Below the pieces are notes generated by a model. That model had not been told where the DNA came from, searched no databases, and was given only the letters and a program-made list of their open reading frames with translations. A DNA stretch of 64,000 nt from positions 162,812,001 through 162,876,000 of the forward strand of contig OX597816.1 in the NCBI GenBank assembly GCA_951406725.2, given 5' to 3'. Source of the stretch: Octopus vulgaris (lineage: Eukaryota). The position numbers were made by a program, and so were the translations under genes. Shown here piece after piece: positions 9,945-22,699 of this stretch (position 1 is its first letter; each line of letters opens with the position of its first letter).

Positions 9945-10617
9945 ACTTGGCTGTATGGTAAGAAGTTTGCTCCCCAACTACATGGTTCCGATTTCAGTCC
10001 CACTACGAGGCACCTTGAGCAAGTGGCTTCTACTATAACCTCGAAACAGATAGAATAAGTACCAGTTATAGCAAGAATTATAGTACTGGAGTCGATTAGT
10101 TTGGCTAATAATTCTTCAAGGCTGTGCCCCAGCACGGCCGCATTCTAATGAGTGAAAGAAGTAAATGATAAAAAAAAATAAAAGATAAAGGCGCAGGCGT
10201 GGCTGTGTGGTAAGTTTGTTTCCCAAACACATGGTCCGAGGTTCAGTCCCACTGCGTTGCACCTTCGGCAGGTGTCTTCTACTATAACCTCGGGCCAACC
10301 AAAGCCTTATGAATGGATTCGGTAGGCGGAAACTGAAAGAAGACCATCGTATATACATCTGCATGTGTGTGTGTGTGTGTGTATGTGTGTGTGTGTGTGT
10401 GCGTGTGTGTGTATGCGTATGCTTGTGTGTCTGTGTTTGTCCCCCCCCCTCCCAGTATCGCTTGACAACCGATGCTGGTGTTTACGTGCCCGTAACTTAG
10501 CGGTTCGATAGAATAGGTACTAGGTTTACAAAAGAATAAGTCCTGGCGTCGATTTGCTCGGCTGAAAGGTGGTGCTCCAGCATGGCCGCAGTCAATTGAC
10601 CGGAACAAGTAAAAGAA
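9945..10617 (+). mobile_element. Two adjacent SINE-B copies (internally deleted 9945-10170; full 10190-10617)
   Basis: Two heads and two tails in the same orientation. Confidence 0.85.
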
Positions 10618-10620
10618 TGC

Positions 10621-12141
10621 TTGTTTTGTATATATATATATATTTCTTTACTACCCACAAGGGGCTAAACACAGAGGGGACAAACAAGGACAGACAAACG
10701 GATTATGTCGATTATATCGATCCCCAGTACTTAATTTATCGACCCTGAAAGGATGAAAGGCAAAGTCGACCTCGGCGGAATTTGAACTCAGAACGTAACG
10801 GCAGACGAAATACGGCTACGCATTTCACCCGGCGCGCTAACGTTTCTGCCAGCTCGCCGCCCTTTGTTTTGTATATATATATATTTCTTTACTACCCACA
10901 AGGGACTAAACATAGAGGGGACAAACAAGGACAGACAAAGGGATTAAGTCGATTACATCGACCCCAGTGCGTAACTGGTACTTAATCTATCGACCCCGAA
11001 AGGATGAAAGGCAAAGTCGACCTCGGCGGAATTTGAACTCAGAACGTAACGGCAGACGAAATACGGCTACGCATTTCACCCGGCGCGCTAACGCTTCTGC
11101 CAGCTCGCCGCCCTTTGTTTTGTATATATATATATTTCTTTACTACCCACAAGGGGCTAAACATAGAGGGGACAAACAAGGACAGACAAAGGGATTAAGT
11201 CGATTACATCGACCCCAGTGCGTAACTGGTACTTAATCTATCGACCCCGAAAGGATGAAAGGCAAAGTCGACCTCGGCGGAATTTGAACTCAGAACGTAA
11301 CGGGCAGGCGAAATACGGCTACGCATTTCACCCGGCGCGCTAACGCTTCTGCCAGCTCGCCGCCCTTTGTTTTGTATATATATATATTTCTTTACTACCC
11401 ACAAGGGGCTAAACATAGAGGGGACAAACAAGGACAGACAAAGGGATTAAGTCGATTACATCGACCCCAGTGCGTAACTGGTACTTAATCTATCGACCCC
11501 GAAAGGATGAAAGGCAAAGTCGACCTCGGCGGAATTTGAACTCAGAACGTAACGGCAGACGAAATACGGCTACGCATTTCACCCGGCGCGCTAACGTTTC
11601 TGCCAGCTCGCCGCCCTTTGTTTTGTATATATATATATTTCTTTACTACCCACAAGGGGCTAAACATAGAGGGGACAAACAAGGACAGACAAAGGGATTA
11701 AGTCGATTACATCGACCCCAGTGCGTAACTGGTACTTAATCTATCGACCCCGAAAGGATGAAAGGCAAAGTCGACCTCGGCGGAATTTGAACTCAGAACG
11801 TAACGGGCAGGCGAAATACGGCTACGCATTTCACCCGGCGCGCTAACGCTTCTGCCAGCTCGCCGCCCTTTGTTTTGTATATATATATATTTCTTTACTA
11901 CCCACAAGGGGCTAAACATAGAGGGGACAAACAAGGACAGACAAAGGGATTAAGTCGATTACATCGACCCCAGTGCGTAACTGGTACTTAATCTATCGAC
12001 CCCGAAAGGATGAAAGGCAAAGTCGACCTCGGCGGAATTTGAACTCAGAACGTAACGGGCAGGCGAAATACGGCTACGCATTTCACCCGGCGCGCTAACG
12101 CTTCTGCCAGCTCGCCGCCCTTTGTTTTGTATATATATATA
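10621..12141 (-). repeat. Tandem array of six SINE-A units (251-252 bp; first ~242 bp), each separated by the same ~21-bp spacer
   Basis: Unit starts at 10621, 10863, 11114, 11366, 11617 and 11869; spacer TTTGTTTTG(TA)n also closes the array at 12121. Confidence 0.95.
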
Positions 12142-12478
12142 AATGTGAATTAATAGAAGCATTGCTTTATTTTCACGGTCTGTTAACGAAATGGTTTGTT
12201 AGCCTAGCAGGAAATTTAATTGATGAAGTCCAGTACGCTATGCGTGTGTGTGTGTGTGTGGTCAACAGGATGTTCTAGGTAGTAGATGGCCGCAGATTGA
12301 CCGGCAGCTACTACTGATACTGCTTTGCGTTGTTTTCGTTGCTGACGACGACGGCGGAAAAGGGTCAGTCACATCCGTTTTTGCTTTTTTATATTTTTCG
12401 TCCGACAAACATTGACCGACCGAACAGTTGGTCAGTGAACTTGTTAAGCTGCAACAACAGCTACTGCCACTGTCACTG

Positions 12479-12513
<35 letters not shown>

Positions 12514-12554
12514 GAGTGCCGAGATTCATTAAAGCACCGATACTTTTTTACTAC

Positions 12555-12930
12555 TGTCGTCTGCCGTTACGTTGTGAGTTCAAATTCCGCCGAACAAAAT
12601 TCATAGCGACATTTCTTCCGGCTTTTTACGGTCGATTTTATCTTCTGTCCTTTTGGGGTCGATAAAATAAATAACAATTGAGCAATGGGGTCGATATCAC
12701 CAAGAAATCCCCTCCTGCCAAATTTCAGGCCTTGTGCTTATAAACGAAAGAATTCTAAACCAAACGAAGGCAGCGAACTGGCAAAATTGTTAGTGCGTCG
12801 AACAAAATTTATAGCGATATTTATTTCGCCTTTTTACGGTCGACTTTATATTCTGTCCTTTCGGGGTCGATAAAATAAGTAAAAGTCGTACACAAAGATC
12901 GATGTAATAGATTTACAAACACCCTCAAAA
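12555..12930 (+). mobile_element. Two degenerate SINE-A-related fragments
   Basis: GAGTTCAAATTCCGCCGA and TCCTTT(C/T)GGGGTCGATAAAATAA motifs occur twice. Confidence 0.6.
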
Positions 12931-13460
12931 TTCGAAACCATTTTTAACAAAGATACTCGGCAAAGCCAACGTTAGCAAAAACACAATTCAACACAATTCT
13001 ACATAATTCTTCCGAATTTCATTCCCGAAGTTTCCACTCAATTCTTATGGTTTCGTAATTGTTTGATCACGTGACTGCACACCGAATCCATGAATGGCGT
13101 ATGTCGTCACCTTTCATTTCGAGATGTCAAGTTGTTATTAATTTCAGATAGCGCACAAATGATAATGACATATTTCATATATAAATCAATATTAAATTCA
13201 TATTAGCATTTATATAGATTGCTAATTCCGACTGCTTCATCATCGAAATTATTCAAGACGTAAATCTTTGACATTTTCCGAAATCTAAAAAGTTATATAA
13301 TAATTTTTTGGCTCATTTATTTTTCAGTTTTAGCAGATTGGCATAAATTATGTTGTTGTGTGTTGCGCGCGTATATACATACACACATATATATATATAC
13401 ACATATATATACATACATATATATATATATACATATATATATACATATATATATATACAC

Positions 13461-13493
<33 letters not shown>

Positions 13494-13531
13494 TGTACAT
13501 ATATTTGTATATGTATGTATATGAATGTATG

Positions 13532-13568
<37 letters not shown>

Positions 13569-13570
13569 GC

Positions 13571-13635
<65 letters not shown>

Positions 13636-14231
13636 CATATATACACACACATATATATATTTATTTATGTATGAATGTGTGTATGTACACATCTATAGAA
13701 ACATAGACACACATACATACACACACACACAAACACACACACAAACACACGCACATTAATAAATCCGTACTTTACCGTAGACATCATGTACGTCCGTCTA
13801 TGTCCGCCATGTTGTCTGTTGTCAATCGATGGTGTTTATTGCTTGTGTAATTAGATTGCTAGCGCAAACTTACCTTAACTTTTCAATGTGAGCATGTCTA
13901 TTTACAAGCTATTATTTATAGATTTATTTGCTTTGAGATCCGCTGTTCTAAAAGAGAAATTTTCACGTCCTCTCGAACTTTCCAGACTCTTAATGATGTC
14001 AGCAACATACAGTTCTTGCGCTGGTAGGAATAAAGTTTCTTAGAAGGTTAGAGAGATATGGACTACTTTGCTCCAATGGTAGAACGCTTGTCATGTTTAC
14101 AGAAGATGGGATTTGAGTTTCATATGCAGCCTTCGGGGTTTTTTTTGTTGTCAAAATAGGTTTTTCAACGCATTGCTTGCAAGCTATTATATATATAGCT
14201 TATTTGCTCTCTCTCTCTCTCTCTGTATATA

Positions 14232-14552
14232 TTATTAGAAGCTGTGAGCGGTTCCCCTGAAGGAAGAGAGTATGGCTGTTTTAGTATAGACTTTCTACCA
14301 AAATACATTAGCTCAAATTTTCCCTCGTTTAGTTGCATTTTGTTTTTGTCTGCCCATTGACTCACAGTATGGAGATCAGACTGGAGTTGAATTCGGTTTT
14401 CTTCATTGAGGATTTTCTGGAGCTTAGTGTCATCAGCAAATATGTTCACTTTGCAGTGTTTTACGACGCTGGAAAGGTCGTTTATGTAAATTATAAAGAG
14501 GAGCGGGCTCAAGGCAGTCCCCTGAGGGACACCACTGGTGGCTTTTGTTGGG
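14232..14552 (-). mobile_element. CR1/L2-like RT fragment
   Basis: GVPQGTALSPLLFIIYINDL...FADDTKL...WADKNKMQLNEGK. Confidence 0.85.
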
Positions 14553-14554
14553 CT

Positions 14555-14675
14555 TATGTTGAAGAGCGTGTACTCGAAATGTAAGAGATTTTCTCACCTT
14601 CCAGAGCGTCACACTAATACACCTGCTTGTTGCTTATACACCTATCTTCGTCTATTTCCCGTAAATTTCAACTAT
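14555..14675 (+). mobile_element. Family D short element (degenerate hammerhead motif)
   Basis: GTTGAAGAGCGTGTACTCGAAATGT...GAGCGTCACACTAATACACC, ends at (TA)n. Confidence 0.6.
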
Positions 14676-14684
14676 ATATATATA

Positions 14685-14861
14685 TCTCGAGTATAACCAG
14701 CCGAAATTGCAAAGATAATCTGGAACTCGACTGAGGATAGGAAACTCTGAATGATCCATCCTTGTTTTCCTTGTATCGTCTGTCTGGATATTTTGTCCCT
14801 TTTTTGTTTCACCTAACTGTCTGGTTGTTTTGCGTTCTTGTCCCATTTTTGTATTTTATAA

Positions 14862-14862
<1 letters not shown>
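14685..14862 (+). mobile_element. Family C short element
   Basis: CTCGAGTATAACCAGCCGAAATTGC..GACTGAGGATAGGAAACTC.., between (TA)n tracts. Confidence 0.75.
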
Positions 14863-14914
<52 letters not shown>

Positions 14915-14917
<3 letters not shown>

Positions 14918-15155
14918 GTCCCCTACTTCTTAGCTCTCCAGTGAGACCCTTCTGTCCAGCCTTCGCCACGATAGATCGTTAGCCACTACACACATTTTTT
15001 TAATTCCTTGTTCCTTTCTGTGTTCCTTTCTGTGGAAGAGGGTAGGCTCGAAACGTTAAAGAATTTTTCAATTCCCGAGCGTTATACTAATACATCTGTT
15101 TGTTTTCTACACCACCTGTCTTCGTCTTTTGTTTTTTGTGAACTCTCTCTCTCTC

Positions 15156-15160
<5 letters not shown>
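14915..15160 (+). mobile_element. Family D short element (degenerate hammerhead motif)
   Basis: TTTCTGTGGAAGAGGGTAGGCTCGAAACGTT...GAGCGTTATAC, flanked by (TA)n on both sides. Confidence 0.65.
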
Positions 15161-15198
<38 letters not shown>

Positions 15199-15207
15199 CA
15201 TATATAT

Positions 15208-15258
<51 letters not shown>

Positions 15259-15593
15259 ATATATATGCACATACAATAGACGCACATATATCTGTATGTA
15301 CATATGTGGCGTGTTCATTATGAATTTAATTTTAGTGGTAGTATGTACCTGTGTATATGCAAGAGTGTGTGTGAGTGTATGTGTGTGTGCGCTTGTTTGC
15401 ATGTGTGTGCGCACGTGCTCGCGCGTCTGTGTTACTATCAGAACAATTTACTGACTGGAAAACAATTACCAACAATAAGAACGAATGCACCAATTCCCTT
15501 TGCCGAAGACAAAACATAATTCTGGCATAGCTATGCAGTGGATTCACGAGGAATTTAGTGTGTGTGTGCGTGTGTTTGTGTGTGTGTGTATAT

Positions 15594-15648
<55 letters not shown>

Positions 15649-15684
15649 CACACACATGCATATATGAAAATACATATATATATA

Positions 15685-15932
15685 TTCTTTTATTCTTTTA
15701 CTTGTTTCAGTCATTTGACTGCGGCCAAGCTGGAGCACCATTCTACAGGGTATTAACCGGAGAAATCGACCCCAGAACTTATTCTTTGTAAGCCTTATTC
15801 TTTTTCTCTCGGTCACTTTTGCAGAAGTGCTAAGTTACGGGGCCATAAACACACTAGCATCGATAGTCAAGCGATGGCGGGTGGACAAACACACACACAT
15901 ACACACACACACTCACACACACAAATATATAC

Positions 15933-15987
<55 letters not shown>

Positions 15988-16160
15988 CACATATATATAT
16001 ACGACGAGCTTCTTCTAGTTTCCATGTACCAAATCCACTCATAAGGTCTTGGTTGGCCCCAAGACTATAGAAGAAAGTACTTGCCTACGTTTCCACGAAG
16101 TGGGACTGAACCGGGAAACATGTGTTTGGGAAGCAAGCTTCTTACCACAGAGCCACGCGT
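15685..16160 (-). mobile_element. SINE-B, full length
   Basis: Tail, internal (CA)/(TA) tract and head in reverse orientation. Confidence 0.85.
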
Positions 16161-16241
16161 GATATGTGTGTGTATGTGTGTATACACATATACATACAAA
16201 TATTCACACACACATACATATATGAACATCCTCATTCAGTG

Positions 16242-16310
<69 letters not shown>

Positions 16311-16314
<4 letters not shown>

Positions 16315-16594
16315 TGTTTTTACTATTATTGTTTTTGTATTTTATATTCGTGTGGTATCGTCCTTTTTTCTGTCCCTGTTTCGTATACATTCGATCCTTT
16401 CTCCAAGAAATCTAATGCTCGTAGCTTAGTTTTTCCTTGGGGCTGGCCGGATCGGAGCGATCTCAAAATTAATCAGCCGAAATTACTAGGATGATCCGGT
16501 TCTTGACTGAAGATTGAAGGCTTCGAATGTCCCGTCCGTGTTTTTTGTATCATCTTCTAAATGTTTTACGTTCTTGTCCCAGTTTGTATTTTTC

Positions 16595-16600
<6 letters not shown>
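16311..16600 (+). mobile_element. Family C short element
   Basis: GAAATCTAATGCTCGTAGCTTAGTTTTTCCTTGGGGCTGGCCGGATCGGAGCGATCTC. Confidence 0.7.
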
Positions 16601-16642
<42 letters not shown>

Positions 16643-16732
16643 TCACACTCACACGCACACACACTCACACACGTACATACATATATAATACAAACATACA
16701 TACATACATACATACATACATACATACATACA

Positions 16733-16766
<34 letters not shown>

Positions 16767-16769
16767 CAA

Positions 16770-17186
16770 AAGTATGTACCACCATAGAGGTCAGCTGGCC
16801 TGCAGATATAAATATCTCTTTGAAAATCAAAGAAAAAGAGGATATCTATAGACAACTGCTTTGAATCCTCCAGCTTCTATATCCAGACTATGAATTCATA
16901 TTCAAAATAAGAATAATTGGAGCACGAATTTTTGTTAGTAAATGCGTAAAGGAGAACCTGGATCAACTGGGATTTCAGATAGAGAAATCGACCAGTTAGT
17001 TCGTACATTACAAGTGCAGTCCGTGAGTGGAACCGTAAAAATATTCAAGACTTTTCTCAAGTTCCAAATGTGAATTTGTCTGTGTTAACTACATCCCAAT
17101 GATGGTGTCTTGTATCTTTGTTGGAAACTGGCTCCCTCCTCAGTGGAAGATTTATAATAAGTAAAAAAAATAGAAGGGAAATATAT
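16770..17186 (+). mobile_element. Diverged R4/Dong-like LINE 3' fragment flanked by (CATA)n on both sides
   Basis: Manual translation KVCTTIEVSWPADINISLKIKEKEDIYRQLL*ILQLLYPDYEF..VQSVSGTVKIFKTFL; 3' UTR similar to 58290-58350. Confidence 0.7.
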
Positions 17187-17969
17187 GCATACATACATAC
17201 ATACATACATACATACATACATACATACATACATACATACATACATGTAAGAAGTTTCCACATATGTTCCGCCTATGAAATCTACTCACAAGCCACAGGT
17301 TGGGTCGGAACTATTGTCGAAGAGACCTGTCCAAGGTGCCACGCAGTGAGACCGAACATGGAACCATTGATTTGGTAAGCGAGTTTCTTAACCACACAGC
17401 CATGATGGCAATGATAGTAGTGGAGACATGCGCTGGAGCTAAACTTCCTAATAACTGGGGTAGTGCCGTTTTGAGGAATGCTATTTACTCCTCCTCCTTC
17501 ACCACCTCATCCCCTCCTCATCCCCTCCTCCTCCTCTTCTACTGCTTATGCTGTTGCTGTTGCAAATGATGGTAGTGGTGGTGGTTGTGGCTTAGCATTT
17601 GATGCCATTATGGGTTTATGACTGCGTGTGAAACTGTGTGCGTATGTGTGTGCGATTGTAAATGATTATGTGTATGTGTGTATGAGTGCGTGTGTGTATG
17701 TGTGTGCGTATGTATGTGTGTGTATGTGTGTAAACGATGTTTGTGTTTCTTGTGGTTGATGACAATATGATGTGTGTAAACGATGTATGTATGCGATGTG
17801 TATGTATATGTGTGTGTGTGTTTGTGTGTGTACGTGATGTGTTCTGAATGAGTGTGCTTGTGTATAATCTGGTGTTGGTTACGTGACCAAATGTAATAAA
17901 GTTCAGGTGGGAATCGAATTAGAAATAAGAAAATGTACAGCGAGAAATATACGTGTGCGTGTGTGTGTA

Positions 17970-18071
<102 letters not shown>

Positions 18072-18264
18072 TGAGATAAAAGATTGAGGATACCTACAAT
18101 TCTGATGACGATGATGATTAATATGGTGGTGATGGTGAATATGGTGGTGGTGGTGGTAGTGGTAGTGGTGCTGCTGCTGACGATGATGGTGATGATGATG
18201 ATGATGACGATCATGACGTCACTGATTATGATGGAGAAGAAAACAATGAAACAAGCAAACAAGT

Positions 18265-18706
18265 CGACGAGCTGGCAGAAACGTTAGCACCCCGGGCGAA
18301 ATGCTTAGCGGTATTTCGTCTGCCGCTACGTTCTGAGTTCAAATTCCGCTGAGGTTGACTTTGCCTTTCATCCTTTCGGATCGATAAATTAAGTACCAGT
18401 TACGCACTGGTATCGATATAATCGACTTAATCCGTTTGTTTGTCCTTGTTTGTCCTCTCTCTGTTTAGCCCCTTGTGGGTAGTAAAGAAATAGGTATTTC
18501 GTCTGCCGCTACGTTCTGAGTTCAAATTCCGCCGAGGTTGACTTTGCCTTTCATCCTTTCGGGGTCGATTAAATAAGTACCAGTTAAGCACTGGGGTCGA
18601 TATAATCGACTTAATCCGTTTGTTTGTCCTTGTTTGTCCTCTCTGTGTTTAGCCCCTTGTGGGTAGTAAAGAAATAGGTATTCCGTCCGAATGGTCTGAG
18701 TTCAAA
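18265..18706 (+). mobile_element. SINE-A full copy followed by a tandem 3' partial copy and the start of a third
   Basis: Tail AAAGAAATA joins the internal GGTATT(T/C)CGTC at 18493 and 18677. Confidence 0.9.
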
Positions 18707-18709
18707 CAC

Positions 18710-18935
18710 CAACCCCTCCTCTCCACGCCCATGCTTACCAGCCTCTCTCCCAACGTCCATGCGTACCAGCTCCCCTCTCCACTCCCATGCGTACCAGCCC
18801 CTCTCCCCACGCCCATGCGTTCCAGCCCTCCACTCTCCACACCCATGCCCACCAGTCCCTCTTCTCCACGCCCATGCGTACCAGCGCCCCTGTACACGCC
18901 CATGCGTACCGACTCATCCTCCCTCTTCACGCCAC
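18710..18935. repeat. C-rich minisatellite, ~28-bp unit, about 8 copies
   Basis: Recurrent CCAGC(C)nTCTCCACGCCCATGCGTA. Confidence 0.85.
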
Positions 18936-18974
18936 CGATACAGCTTGGCACCAGTGACGTCACAACTCATTCCT

Positions 18975-19110
18975 ACAGCAAAGTGAACTTGAGCAACGTG
19001 AAATGAAGTATGTTACTCAAGAAAAGAACACACAAACCGGTGCGGGATTCGAACTCAATAGCCCATCATTGTGAGCCCGACGCGCTAACCACTGTGCCAT
19101 GCGCCTTCAC
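18975..19110 (-). mobile_element. tRNA-derived SINE head, related to the 54047 family
   Basis: GTGAAGGCGCATGGCACAGTGGTTAG..GAGTTCGAATCCC..TTTCACGTTGCTC. Confidence 0.65.
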
Positions 19111-19639
19111 TAAAAAGCCACAACAGTAGGATAATCAACAGCAACAAGGTATGTTTGTAATGAAATTTAGGACGAGAAGTGATAAAAATTGATCAAAGAA
19201 TTCAATGAAGGACGGCGAAGATGTAGCTGTTGTTGCTGCTGCTGTTGTTGTTGTTAAGCAACAAGACGGGTAAGGGTGATTAGGTGATGGACTAGGGCTT
19301 AGGGGCGGGTGACCCATCATGCACTGAGGAGTAGTGGTCGGACATGCTTGAAGTAGCTTGTTGTCCTCTCTTCATTTGCGAAGGACGCATATCCCACCGC
19401 CCTTGCTTGACGAAGATTCACCACGACGCAGCCAAGACGACCAGGAGCCGCTGTTGCCTGAGGACGACGCCTCCTGGATTTTCACCAGAGCCCCGTTGGC
19501 CAGGTTGCAGCCCTAATACCGCTGAGTGCCAGGATAATCCGCCTTGGGTGGCCCTGCCAGGAACCGAGGTTCCCGACGGCATGGCTCTCACACACCCGTT
19601 CATCGCCCTACCACGATGAGGAGGGGTTGGACTTCTAGG

Positions 19640-19692
19640 GCGGTGCTGTTGCTGCTGCTGCTTGTTGCTGCTGCTGCTGTTGCTGCTGCTGC

Positions 19693-19730
<38 letters not shown>

Positions 19731-19772
19731 TTGTTGCCATGCTGCTGCTGTTGTTGCTGCTGCTTCTGTTGT

Positions 19773-19804
<32 letters not shown>

Positions 19805-20798
19805 CTTCTGTTGCTGCTGCTGTTGTTGCTGCTGCTGCTGTTGTTGCTGCTGCTGCTGCTGTCATTGCTGCTGCTGCTTCTGTTGCTGGTGCTGTTGCTG
19901 TTGTTGTTGCTGCTGTTGTAACTGCTGCTGTTGTTGTTGCTGCTATTATTGTTGTCGCTGTTGCTATCGTTGCTGTTGTTATTGTTGTTGCTGCTGTTGA
20001 TGTTCTCACTTCCATTTTTGAAGCTGTTCCCGTAGTTGTTTTTATTGTTGTAGTAGTAGTTGTTGTTGTTGTTACTGTCACTGCTGTTGCTGTCGCTGCA
20101 CTTTTTGCTATTCTTCACGGAATGCTTGATGAGATGAGGCAGAGTGAAGCAGGCCTAGGTGTTGAGTGCATTCAGATAATTACATCTATTAAAAGAGATT
20201 AAGGTTACTGCTTGTTGTTATTATTCGTATGGTTTTTCGTCAAACACGACACGGTGAGGGAATGAACTAAAAAAGAAAATAATGAATAAACATATATATA
20301 ATATAATATACAATATACAATATATATGTGTGTGTGTGACACACAAAGACACACAAAGACACACACACACACACATATATACAGACATATGTATATATAC
20401 ATACATATTTGGTTGCCGTCACCGTCATTTTTGACACCGTCATCCTCAATCGTCAACTTCATCATCATCACAACCAGTGTCATCAGTGTTACCATCATCA
20501 ACACCTTTTTCTTCTTCTTCCTTCTCCTCCTCCTCCTCATCCTCATTATCATTGTCATCGTGGTCGTCGTGATCAACGTCGTCGTCATGATCATCATCGC
20601 ACCATCGTCGTCGCTGTCGTCTCGTTGTGCTCATTATCATCATCATTGTCATCATCACAATCACCATTATTGTCAGTATTTTCGACGTCGTCACGAGTCA
20701 CTTCACCACTACCGTCATCATCATCATCATTGTCACAATCATCATCATCATCATCATCATCATCGTCGTCGTCGTCGTCGTTATTATCATCATCATCG

Positions 20799-20838
<40 letters not shown>

Positions 20839-20930
20839 TATTATCTTTATCATCATCATCGTCGTCGTTTTCATCTTCATCTTCATCTTCATAATCATCA
20901 TCATCGTCTTCATCATCAACGTCATCATTG

Positions 20931-20966
<36 letters not shown>

Positions 20967-20987
20967 CCACCATTATCATCATCGTCA

Positions 20988-21018
<31 letters not shown>

Positions 21019-21045
21019 CGTCGTCATCATCATCATCATCATCAC
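19640..21045. repeat. Degenerate trinucleotide repeats: (CTG/TTG)n, then (CAT/CGT)n
   Basis: Directly visible. Confidence 0.9.
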
Positions 21046-21129
21046 CGTCGGCATAGGCTATACAGGCTTTCACTAAACTTCACACCTCCATACAAATTCC
21101 ATTAGGTATGCCGCATCAGTCAGCTGATT

Positions 21130-22055
21130 TACTTTCTTTCATCTACTTGATTGCATCATTGAATTTTTCATAAATAGGTTTGTCGTCTAAGGATTGGACG
21201 GTTAGTTGCTGTGTAACCTTCTTGTGAGTAGCATGTTCCTCAACGGCTCGGATAATAAGCAGGCTATCAGAGTGAATGGTAAATCTATGAAGATTCTTTG
21301 ATTTTTCCTGGAGTAGTGCTTGACCATCAAGAGCTATGATTCTTGCTGTGCCTCTTATCTGTGGCCCGTATACCTTTGGAAGTCCTGAGTAAAATGCTTT
21401 TGTATCGTTTTTATCAGCGTACTGCTGTAATTCTTCGGATTTGGTGTCACACCAATCTGATTTCAGTTTCCTTGTAGATTATTGCAGCTTCCTTCTTGCA
21501 TCCGCCAGTTTTCCTGTTTCACGTTGTGTTACAATTTAGCTGCCTTGCCTTTGGAATGTTCCTTTTCTGTAGCAGGGTCTGTATTTGGATATCGTTCCTG
21601 TTGATCTAATCTTGGTCTCACATGTAGTTATTTTCAAAATGTCTCATTTTCCTTCAAGTCCTTTGTCTCCTTTTATCCTCCCAACCTTATCCTGCAACTC
21701 CTGAAATTCCTATTACACTTTGGGGCCTCTGGGCTCCATGATATTTAGCATATTCTTTGGTCGGCCTTTGATCTTATCACGTGGTGGTCAGTAGAGCAGT
21801 CTGCGCCTGTCATGATTCTTGTATCAATGATATCATCCCGATATCTTCTCTGAATAATTATGTAGTCTAACAAGTGCTAATGCTTGGAGCGAGGGTGCAT
21901 CCAAGTGATCTTCTGATGGTCGATGTGCTTGAAGTCGGTGTTTGTAATTACTCGGATGAACTTAGAGCAGAGGGATAGCAAAAGCTCATCGATAGAAGAA
22001 TCCAGTTCATCAATGTCCGCTCCAGTATGACCACGTTCTCCATAACGGAAAGCAT
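21130..22055 (-). mobile_element. Degraded RTE-clade LINE fragment (end of APE domain and linker)
   Basis: KITWMHPRSKH*HLLDYII...TRIMTGADCSTDH, typical of RTE/BovB-like elements. Confidence 0.75.
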
Positions 22056-22699
22056 TAAACGAAAACAATAATAGAGGATATTAAATAGTGTGGGCAGTGT
22101 ATCACTGGTATTTGGTTTAACTATTAATGAGATTTCGATAGGTTTTTGTTTACATCCTTTGAAATTTAAAATCAGAAGAATTTAGACAACGAAATACAGT
22201 GAGAATTCAACGGCACTTTCTACCGTTTTAAAATTTGCCGGCGTTAACAAAAATTCTAAATAAAAAAAGTAGAAAAAAGTAATAAAACAGGCAAAAGATG
22301 ACAAAAACTAAAATAAAAAAATTACTGTCGAAGAGGAAAAAATATTATAAAATTATTCTAAAAATATAAAATGATAAAATGTCCTGTAAAAGAAATAACA
22401 TCACAGAAAAAAGGGTAAATATATTAAAAAATTAAAACAAAAAATGAAATAACATAATAACATAACTAAAAAATGGCGCATAAAATATATAACAAAAATT
22501 CAATTAAGAAAATAGCGATTGCTATTTCCTTCGCTTATCTAGAGAAAATGTTAAAATAAAAGGAAGGGGAAAAATAATATTGGAGAACAAAAAACAAGAT
22601 GACAAGAAGGAGTAAAGTGTGGAGGTGACGGAGCTTATAGGTGGTCGTTTAAATTGTTAGAAATGGCAGCTAAGCATTCATTCAATCATACACTTGGTT

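Noticed and set aside
10621-12141. CRISPR array or hammerhead retrozyme tandem
   Set aside because: Units are whole SINEs with an identical spacer; there are no unique spacers, no cas genes, and I found no CUGANGA/GAAA core in the unit.
14060-14130. tRNA-like segment GCTCCAATGGTAGAACGC
   Set aside because: Box B and cloverleaf are too degenerate to support a call.
20326-21105. Poly-His / poly-Asp / poly-Ser ORFs
   Set aside because: (CAT)n microsatellite open in many frames on both strands.
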